NCBI GenBank assembly: GCA_943368955.1
Contig: CALRLY020000009.1
Coordinates: 8,983 to 72,982, forward strand
Direction of reading: 5' to 3'
DNA length: 64,000 nucleotides
Origin: Chitinophaga pinensis
GTDB taxonomy: Bacteria; Bacteroidota; Bacteroidia; Chitinophagales; Chitinophagaceae
Under the pieces are notes generated by a model. It was not told where the DNA came from. It saw only the letters and a list, made by a program, of their open reading frames with translations, and did no database searches. This document shows, in pieces, positions 51,072 to 58,580 of this stretch. Position 1 is the first letter of the stretch, and each line of letters opens with the position of its first letter. The position numbers and the translations under genes were made by a program.

Positions 51072-52082
51072 ATGGCAACCAATAAACATGCTATAATAAG
51101 GTATCATGCTTTAGACCAGTGTTTTAGCAACCCTGGTCGTAGGTATTTTATTGACGACCTTATTACAGCGTGTGGTGATGCCTTATATGAATACACCGGA
51201 TCATCTGAAGGGGTAAAAAGGAGGCAGATTTTCGAGGATATTAAATTCATGGAAAGTGAGCAAGGTTGGTCCATACCACTGGAAAGATTGAAGGATGGGA
51301 AGCAGGTTTATTACAGATATTCTGACAAATCATTTTCAATCAAGAATCAGGCTGTTAATGAAGCAGAAGCCAAACAATTAAAGGAAACCTTGTCCATCCT
51401 TACAAGATTCAAGGGAATGCCTCAATTTGAATGGATGGAAGAAATGCATGTTAGGCTTGAATCAATCTTCAATTTTAAAAGTAACACAAATGTTATAGTT
51501 GGCTTCGAGCAAAATCAATACTTGAAAGGTCTCAACCATTTTTCAGAGTTATTCCATGCAATACAATATAAGAAAGTATTGTCCATTCAATACAGGGGTT
51601 TTAAACAAACTAAACCTTCACAGGTAAACTTTCACCCTTATTACTTGAAACAGTATAATAGTCGCTGGTTTCTTTTTGGTTACAATGAGAAGTACGACAA
51701 CATAAGCAATTTGGCTTTAGATCGTATTATTAATTTTAAACCAATCAATAAGAAATACCAGGATAACAAGACCATAAATTTTGAAGAGTATTTCGAAGAT
51801 GTTGTTGGGGTAACTGTTTCTAATCGGGCTTCGGTTGATAAAGTTCATCTTGAAATAGCCCCTTCACTTTGGCCTTATATTGAAAGCAAGCCAATTCACG
51901 GATCACAGCGTGTAGTCTCAAAGAAGGGTGGTGAAGTAGTAATAGAGCTTACAGTGCAGTTGAACTATGAATTAGTAACCACACTTTTTGCTTATGGCGA
52001 AGGGGTCAAAGTATTGCAACCAGACAGCTTGAAAAAGGAAATGATAACAAAGGCAAAAGCCTTAATAAACAAGTATTTATAA
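51072..52082 (+). CDS. WYL-domain transcriptional regulator (wHTH-WYL-WCX)
   Basis: N-terminal wHTH (RRQIFEDIKFME...YYRY); WYL core FHPYYLKQYNSRWFLFG...NLALDRII; C-terminal VKVLQPDSLK WCX motif. Confidence 0.92.
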   Translation: MATNKHAIIRYHALDQCFSNPGRRYFIDDLITACGDALYEYTGSSEGVKRRQIFEDIKFMESEQGWSIPLERLKDGKQVYYRYSDKSFSIKNQAVNEAEAKQLKETLSILTRFKGMPQFEWMEEMHVRLESIFNFKSNTNVIVGFEQNQYLKGLNHFSELFHAIQYKKVLSIQYRGFKQTKPSQVNFHPYYLKQYNSRWFLFGYNEKYDNISNLALDRIINFKPINKKYQDNKTINFEEYFEDVVGVTVSNRASVDKVHLEIAPSLWPYIESKPIHGSQRVVSKKGGEVVIELTVQLNYELVTTLFAYGEGVKVLQPDSLKKEMITKAKALINKYL

Positions 52083-52083
52083 C

Positions 52084-52120
52084 CTATGCATATACACTGC
52101 ACACATAGTATTCATCTTTG
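52084..52120 (+). promoter_or_regulatory. Internal promoter with a palindromic operator candidate ahead of the MTase-kinase gene
   Basis: CTATG...CATAG (52084-52108) containing TGCA-N7-TGCA; CATCTTTG -7-like box at 52113-52120. Confidence 0.45.
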
Positions 52121-52143
52121 CTTCGTCAATCACAAAATAGTAT

Positions 52144-54603
52144 ATGATGAAGGAATTTAAGATAGAAGAGATATTGCCAGTTGAAGCATTGAAGTCCAAA
52201 ATTTGGTCAATGTTTGATATTCTAAGAAGTGAACGAATCGCTTCAGAAGATTATCATGTGTTATTGTTCCTTCTGTCTGCATATAAAGACGGATTATTCA
52301 ATACTGAGATTCTCAATGAGAACAGTAATTTGAATGAAAGGCTTGTACGTTGTTTGCATAACTCTGAATCAGAGTTAACAAATCAATACAATGCAATACT
52401 TGCAACTTTTGAGCCGCTTGTGATGCGACTATCTGAAAACGGCACAAGGCATATAATAAGTGCATTGGGTGAATTGAACTTGGCAATATTGGATGAACAC
52501 TTTGCTGATATTTTTGATGCTGTTTTATATCGTATCACACAATCTCAAGGCAGATTTGGCGGTGAGTTTATACAGCCTGTTGAGTTGACTCGCTTCATAT
52601 GTGGCCTGGCCGAATTGCAACCCAATTCAAAGGTTTACAATCCTTTTGCCGGATTGGCTTCATTTGGTGTATACCTTGATCAAGGACAAGATTATTTTGG
52701 TCAGGAATTAAATCAAAAAACATGGGCTTTGGGGGCATTGCGTATAATGGCATATCAAAGACCCGGCACTTCAAGATATGTTTGTGACGACTCTATAAGT
52801 CATTGGCCGGCTACTTCAGAAAAATTTGATTTTATTGTAGCCAATCCTCCTTACGGAATGCGTCTTGGCAACCAATACAGGGAGATAGAACCTGAGTTCC
52901 GCACTATAGAACAGTTTCTGCTCGAAAAAGGGGTGCATTCTTTAAATGAAAAGGGCAAGCTGATTGCATTATTACCACAGGGAATTTTGTTTAGGGGTTT
53001 GCATGAGCAGCGTTTAAGAGAATTTCTCGTTGATGAGGATTTGATTGATACAATTATATCATTACCAGGGGGCTTGCTTTTAAATACAGGTATTCCATTA
53101 ATAATAATGGTATTGAATAAAAACAAGAAGATACCTGGCAAAGTTAGATTTGTAGATGCGAAGAAATTCGTTGATTCTAAGAGCCCGAGAGAAAGAGTGC
53201 TTAATGATTATGGGTTGAATAGTTTTCTGTATGGTAGTAAAAATGATTCTGATATTCTCCGTCTTGTTTCTAACGATGAGATAAGAGCATTCGATTATAA
53301 TCTTAGTGTCCCTCGTTATTTCCAAAAGCAGGTTGAGGGGGTGAAACTTGGTGAAATCATAGAGTTTGTTAGAGGCCAAAGAGTAAACTTGCCTCCAACA
53401 GGCAAGCTAATTCGTATTCGAGATTTAAAGGATGATAAAATTGATTTTCGTTTAGACGAAGCAACAATTGAAGATTTAGAACTGAGAAGGCCCGATATTC
53501 ATCAGATAACAGAATCATGCTTACTGTTAGCTGTTCGCTGGAAGACCTTAAAGCCCACATATTTCGAGTATAAAGGTGAAGCAATCTATCGAAGTCAGGA
53601 TATATTGTCTTTCAAAGTAAATGAGGCAATTGCAGATAAGGCATTTTTAATTAATGAGCTTCATGCTGATTATGTTCAGGAACAATTGGAGTCCTATCGT
53701 TTAGGGGCATCTGTAATGCCTTTTCTCCGAAAGGATGACCTGATGGAAGTTGTTATCAAACTGCCTTCTCTTCAGGAGCAAAGAGCGAAGGTTCAGGGTA
53801 TATATGAACTTTCCGATAAGATTAAGAGCCTGCAAGTTGAAAGGAATGCTTTGGCTCATGGTAAGTCACTAAAGCAATTCAGTGAGTTTGCATCGCTGAA
53901 ACACACACTTGGCAGGCCAAGACAAAATATCCTGGATTGGTCAGATAATCTGCTTCATTTTTTAAATGAAAAACGGGAAGGTTTTGAAGCATTGAATAAA
54001 GCCTTTATTGAGTTTTATGATACTGACATAATCTCCGCTTTAAAGGAAATTAAGAGGGATGTTAACTTCATAACTGATGTTCTCGAAAAGGGCGAAAATG
54101 GGTTTGTTTTAAGTGAATATGAGACAAACATTATTCCACTCTCAGATATCAATAGCCTGATTAATGAGCTTTCTAACAATGGATTCAACTTTAAAATCAA
54201 GAAATTGCCTTTAAAGTCGGAGAAGCTTAAAGACCGTGGCATTTCAGCAAACCGGATATTATTCAAAACACTTTTGGATAACATCTTAACGAATGCAAAT
54301 AAATATGCATTCAGTAAACGGGAGTCAGGAAATGAAGTGGTTGTGGAATTAACTGAAGTAGAGGATATTCTCTCTATGGAGGTGAAAAACAACGGGAAGC
54401 CATTTCCCAAAAACTTCGATCGGGAAAAGTTTATTACAAAATATTCCACGGCTGATACTGCTGCGGGTACTGGTTTAGGTGGCTACGACATACATCGCAT
54501 TGCCTCGCACTTTAGTAATCCTGATTGGGAATTGTCATTAAATGAAGATCCCATCTACCCGGTAAAATTCAAGTTTCAATTTCCAATTAAATTAATGAAT
54601 TGA
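52144..54603 (+). CDS. Fusion protein: HsdM-like N6-adenine methyltransferase, single HsdS-like TRD, histidine kinase (DHp + HATPase_c)
   Basis: HsdM_N-like KIWSMFDILR; GGEFIQP; motif I variant N166PFAGLAS; GQELN; motif IV N234PPY; LPGGLLLNTGIP; YNLSVPRY; TRD VKLGEI...IKLPSLQEQ; H-box SLKH587TLGRP; N-box DNILTNANKYA; KNNGKPF; GTGLGGY. Confidence 0.85.
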   Translation: MMKEFKIEEILPVEALKSKIWSMFDILRSERIASEDYHVLLFLLSAYKDGLFNTEILNENSNLNERLVRCLHNSESELTNQYNAILATFEPLVMRLSENGTRHIISALGELNLAILDEHFADIFDAVLYRITQSQGRFGGEFIQPVELTRFICGLAELQPNSKVYNPFAGLASFGVYLDQGQDYFGQELNQKTWALGALRIMAYQRPGTSRYVCDDSISHWPATSEKFDFIVANPPYGMRLGNQYREIEPEFRTIEQFLLEKGVHSLNEKGKLIALLPQGILFRGLHEQRLREFLVDEDLIDTIISLPGGLLLNTGIPLIIMVLNKNKKIPGKVRFVDAKKFVDSKSPRERVLNDYGLNSFLYGSKNDSDILRLVSNDEIRAFDYNLSVPRYFQKQVEGVKLGEIIEFVRGQRVNLPPTGKLIRIRDLKDDKIDFRLDEATIEDLELRRPDIHQITESCLLLAVRWKTLKPTYFEYKGEAIYRSQDILSFKVNEAIADKAFLINELHADYVQEQLESYRLGASVMPFLRKDDLMEVVIKLPSLQEQRAKVQGIYELSDKIKSLQVERNALAHGKSLKQFSEFASLKHTLGRPRQNILDWSDNLLHFLNEKREGFEALNKAFIEFYDTDIISALKEIKRDVNFITDVLEKGENGFVLSEYETNIIPLSDINSLINELSNNGFNFKIKKLPLKSEKLKDRGISANRILFKTLLDNILTNANKYAFSKRESGNEVVVELTEVEDILSMEVKNNGKPFPKNFDREKFITKYSTADTAAGTGLGGYDIHRIASHFSNPDWELSLNEDPIYPVKFKFQFPIKLMN

Positions 54604-54605
54604 TT

Positions 54606-55787
54606 ATGGAAGATATACTCTACAATATCCTTTGGATTGATGACGAACATGAATCACTTGCAGGCACAAAAGGGCGTGCAAAGAGAAATGGCATTATTCT
54701 GATACCTTTCAAATCGCTAAATAGCGGTATGTCTGAATTGGAAAACAATTATCCTTTTTATGACGGGGTGTTATTAGATGCTAAGTTTTTTGAGAACGAA
54801 GACGATGTGAAAGGCTCAGAGGATACCTATAATGTGCATCGGGCGAAGGAGCGATTATTACAGCTCAAAAAGAAATTTGAAGTATTCATTCTTACAGGTC
54901 AGGCGGAAGCATATGAGGATAAGACTTTCAAAAAAGCCTTCACTAAGGTTTACAAGAAAGGTAGTGATGACGAGATAGACCGTTTATTTGCCGATATTAA
55001 ATTAGCTGCAGCAACCCAGGAGGACACTCAAATACGCCATGCATACAAACGGGTTTTTGATGTTTGTACAGAAAAGTATATTGGAGAATTGGCAGGTCAG
55101 GATGTATTGAATCTCCTGAAGGTTAACGATGACTTAAACATCGACAATCACTTTAATGCTATCCGAAAAATCGTTGAGGATTTGTTTACAGCTTTCAGTA
55201 AGTATCGTTTACTTCCGCTTGAATTTGTTACACCTGGTGTTGCGTTAAATGAGAGTAGCAAATTTTTAGCAGGTAAAGCCGCTGACGGTACTCCTTTCAT
55301 TGAAAAGGGCTATCAGCATTCAGAAGAAACTCATTTGCCGTTGCTAATTGCTTCTTCTTTGAGAAGCATACTTTCTATAACGCAAGCAGGTTCTCACAGG
55401 TCTAATATCGATTTGCATGTTAAAACCATCAAAACCCCATTCCTTTTTAGGAGTGTGCTATTTCAACTTTTAGATGTGCTTACTTGGTTTAAGCTATATG
55501 TAGATTCAAACCCTAAGACAGAGAACTGGATAAGAATTGCCAATGTAGCTGAGTCTATACCTGAATCAGCTGAAGATTCCGTAATGGGCAAAGTGATAAA
55601 TGTAAACCAACAAAAGGGCTTTGCTTTTTTCAAGCCAGATGCAATTGGTGATAATGTTTTTATACCTCCACACTTGGTAGCAAATAATTCATTAGAAGAT
55701 CAAATGCCTGTTCGTGTGGTGACTGAAGAATACATTGATAACAGGACGGGAGAAACTAAAACAAGAGTAAAACGAATTGTGAACTAA
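54606..55787 (+). CDS. Response-regulator-like protein: receiver, helical (HEPN/DUF4145-like?) domain, cold-shock-like OB domain
   Basis: ILWIDD, GVLLD58, VFILTG and VYKK give an intact receiver; the middle domain has FNAIRKIVEDLF and ILSITQAGSH; the C-terminus has GKVINVNQQKGFAFF...DNVFIP. ATG lies 2 nt after the upstream stop (TTG 54600 is an alternative). Confidence 0.75.
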   Translation: MEDILYNILWIDDEHESLAGTKGRAKRNGIILIPFKSLNSGMSELENNYPFYDGVLLDAKFFENEDDVKGSEDTYNVHRAKERLLQLKKKFEVFILTGQAEAYEDKTFKKAFTKVYKKGSDDEIDRLFADIKLAAATQEDTQIRHAYKRVFDVCTEKYIGELAGQDVLNLLKVNDDLNIDNHFNAIRKIVEDLFTAFSKYRLLPLEFVTPGVALNESSKFLAGKAADGTPFIEKGYQHSEETHLPLLIASSLRSILSITQAGSHRSNIDLHVKTIKTPFLFRSVLFQLLDVLTWFKLYVDSNPKTENWIRIANVAESIPESAEDSVMGKVINVNQQKGFAFFKPDAIGDNVFIPPHLVANNSLEDQMPVRVVTEEYIDNRTGETKTRVKRIVN

Positions 55788-55797
55788 TAAAACAACT

Positions 55798-57360
55798 ATG
55801 GCAAGAGAATTAGAAAGAGATGAACTGCACCGCACCATCTGGCAAATAGCAAACGATTTGAGAGGCAGTGTTGATGGCTGGGATTTTAAAACCTATGTAT
55901 TGGGTATGTTATTCTATCGGTTCATTTCAGAGAACCTTACATCCTACATTAGTAAGGAGGAACAACGTACCGGCCAAAAGAACTTCAACTATGCCGATAT
56001 TTCGGATAAAGATGCTGAGTTGGGCAGAGTGGATACGGTGAAAGAGAAAGGCTTTTATATTCTACCATCTGAGTTGTTTGTAAACGTTCGTAAAAAGGCG
56101 AAGACAGATGAAAATCTTAATGAAACACTGAGCCGTGTTTTCAAAAATATTGAGCATTCAGCTAAAGGAACAGAAAGCGAAGGCGATCTGAAAGGCTTGT
56201 TCGATGATATGGATGTGAACAGTAATAAACTGGGTGCAACCGTTACCAAGCGTAATGAAGCACTGGTTAAAATATTGGATGCAATAGGCGACTTGAAATT
56301 AGGCGATTATCAGGACAATAGCATTGATGCCTTTGGCGATGCTTATGAGTTTCTGATGACCATGTATGCCAGCAATGCTGGAAAATCGGGCGGTGAATTT
56401 TTTACCCCTCAGGAAGTTTCTGAACTATTGGCCGAAATAACGGTTGTGGGCAAAAAACAGGTGAATAAAGTATATGACCCTGCTTGTGGTTCAGGCTCAC
56501 TGTTGTTGAAGTTTGCGAAAGTACTTGGTAAAGAAAATGTAAGGCAGGGATTTTTTGGGCAGGAGGTAAATATTACTACCTACAACCTTTGCCGCATCAA
56601 CATGTTTTTACACGACATCAATTATGAAAAATTTGATATTGCACATGGCGATACACTAACAGACCCCAGGCATTGGGATGATGAACCATTTGATGCCATT
56701 GTTTCCAATCCGCCTTATTCCATTAAATGGGAGGGCGATGCCAATCCTTTGTTGATTAACGACCCCCGTTTTTCACCTGCTGGGGTATTAGCCCCCAAAA
56801 GCAAAGCCGACCTTGCCTTTACCCTGCACATGCTGCATTGGCTTTCCACTTCGGGAACTGCCGCTATTGTTGAGTTTCCCGGGGTGTTGTACCGGGGTGG
56901 TGCGGAGCAGAAAATTCGCAAGTACCTGATTGATAACAATTATGTAGATGCGGTGATACAACTGCCTCCCGACCTGTTTTTTGGAACTACCATAGGCACT
57001 TGCATTATTGTATTGAAGAAAAGCAAGAAGGATAATGCTACCTTATTTATTGATGCATCAGCCGAGTTTGTTCGGAGTGGTAACAAGAACAAACTTACCG
57101 ATACCAACCGCAAGAGAATACTCAACGCTTATATTGAACGGAAATACGAAGCTCATTTTGCAAAGTTGGTATTGAACAGCGATATCGCTGAAAACGATTA
57201 CAATATTGCCGTAAGCAGTTATGTGGAGCAGGAAAACACTTCTGAGGAGGTGGACATTTCAACACTGAATGCCCATATTGCCGAGATAGTGATTAAGCAA
57301 AATAAGCTGCGTTCTGCTATTGATGAAATAATTGCTGATTTAGAAGGAGGTAGCTTATGA
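55798..57360 (+). CDS. hsdM: Type I restriction-modification methyltransferase subunit M
   Basis: IWQIANDLRGSVDGWDFK, GKSGGEFFTP, YDPACGSGSLL, IVSNPPY. Confidence 0.97.
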   Translation: MARELERDELHRTIWQIANDLRGSVDGWDFKTYVLGMLFYRFISENLTSYISKEEQRTGQKNFNYADISDKDAELGRVDTVKEKGFYILPSELFVNVRKKAKTDENLNETLSRVFKNIEHSAKGTESEGDLKGLFDDMDVNSNKLGATVTKRNEALVKILDAIGDLKLGDYQDNSIDAFGDAYEFLMTMYASNAGKSGGEFFTPQEVSELLAEITVVGKKQVNKVYDPACGSGSLLLKFAKVLGKENVRQGFFGQEVNITTYNLCRINMFLHDINYEKFDIAHGDTLTDPRHWDDEPFDAIVSNPPYSIKWEGDANPLLINDPRFSPAGVLAPKSKADLAFTLHMLHWLSTSGTAAIVEFPGVLYRGGAEQKIRKYLIDNNYVDAVIQLPPDLFFGTTIGTCIIVLKKSKKDNATLFIDASAEFVRSGNKNKLTDTNRKRILNAYIERKYEAHFAKLVLNSDIAENDYNIAVSSYVEQENTSEEVDISTLNAHIAEIVIKQNKLRSAIDEIIADLEGGSL

Positions 57361-58580
57361 GCAGGATATATAAATTGATACAAGAGCTTTGTCCTGATGG
57401 AGTTGAGTTTAGGTATTTAAATGAACTCGGCTTCTTTTACGGAGGTTTATCAGGAAAAACAAAAAGTGATTTTGAAAATGGCAATGCGAAGTTTATATCC
57501 TACATGAATATTTATTCAAATATTGCAGTTAAAACCGATGTAAACGATTTTGTAAATGTTGGAGAAAATGAAAATCAAAATAGAATTGAAATAGGAGATG
57601 TACTATTCACTGGTTCATCAGAAACACCAGATGAATGCGGCATGTCATCAGTTGTAACTAAAGATGTCATTGAACCATTGTATTTAAATAGTTTCTGTTT
57701 CGGATTTCGTTTGCATAATAAAGATCTCTTTTTACCTGATTTTTTGAAGTATCTTTTTAGGAGTGATGAACTAAGGAGGCAAATTGCTCAAACGGCAAGT
57801 GGAGTGACAAGATTCAATGTTTCTAAAAAGCGTTTTGGAAAATTGCTGATTCCTTTGCCACCACTTGAAGTTCAGGAAGAAATAGTCAAAACCCTCGATT
57901 TGTTCACTGAATTGGAAGCTGAATTGGAAGCTGAATTGGAAGCCAGGAAAACGCAATATACGCATTACAGAGATGCTTTACTTCGTTTTGAGGGTAAAGA
58001 AGTGGAATGGAAAACGTTGGGGGAATTAGGTAATGTTTGCATGTGCAAACGAGTTTTTAAAGAGGAAACTTCAACAAGCGGTGATATTCCTTTTTACAAA
58101 ATTGGAACTTTTGGCAAGAAACCAGACTCCTTCATTTCAAAGGAACTTTATCAAGAATATAGAAATAGATTTTCATTTCCTAAAAAGGGCGATATTCTAA
58201 TATCTGCCTCAGGGACAATTGGAAGAACAGTTATTTACGATGGGGAGCCAGCATATTTCCAAGACAGTAATATTGTATGGATAGATAATGACGAAACCTA
58301 TGTAACAAACAAATTCCTATTCCACTATTATAAAATTGTAAAGTGGCAAACAGATACAGGCGGAACAATTGTGAGGCTTTATAATGACAACATTAAAAAA
58401 ACTAGGATTCCAGTTCCATCTAAAAAAGAGCAAGAAAGAATCGTTGCGATTTTAGACAAATTCGATGCATTGGTAAATGATATTTCAATTGGTCTACCAG
58501 CAGAAATTGAAGGCCGTAGAAAGCAATACGAGTATTATCGCAACCGATTGTTGACATTTAAAGAAATAGCCAATGGATAA
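57357..58580 (+). CDS. hsdS: Type I RM specificity subunit S (two TRDs)
   Basis: LIQELCPDGVEF start; conserved PLPPLEVQEEIV...ELEAELEAELEARKTQY.YRD.LL.F; second repeat PVPSKKEQERIVAILDKF...RRKQYEYYRNRLLTF. Confidence 0.96.
   Translation: MSRIYKLIQELCPDGVEFRYLNELGFFYGGLSGKTKSDFENGNAKFISYMNIYSNIAVKTDVNDFVNVGENENQNRIEIGDVLFTGSSETPDECGMSSVVTKDVIEPLYLNSFCFGFRLHNKDLFLPDFLKYLFRSDELRRQIAQTASGVTRFNVSKKRFGKLLIPLPPLEVQEEIVKTLDLFTELEAELEAELEARKTQYTHYRDALLRFEGKEVEWKTLGELGNVCMCKRVFKEETSTSGDIPFYKIGTFGKKPDSFISKELYQEYRNRFSFPKKGDILISASGTIGRTVIYDGEPAYFQDSNIVWIDNDETYVTNKFLFHYYKIVKWQTDTGGTIVRLYNDNIKKTRIPVPSKKEQERIVAILDKFDALVNDISIGLPAEIEGRRKQYEYYRNRLLTFKEIANG
57907..57942 (+). repeat. 12-bp tandem repeat x3 in the hsdS central conserved region
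   Basis: (CTGAATTGGAAG)x3, encoding the ELEA repeats. Confidence 0.9.

Noticed and set aside
52144-54603. 819-aa protein as a type IIG/ISP single-chain restriction enzyme or a MORC-type ATPase
   Set aside because: It has no PD-(D/E)xK nuclease or helicase motifs. It does have a His-containing DHp-like helix before the ATPase and a coupled intact receiver gene, which favours a histidine kinase.
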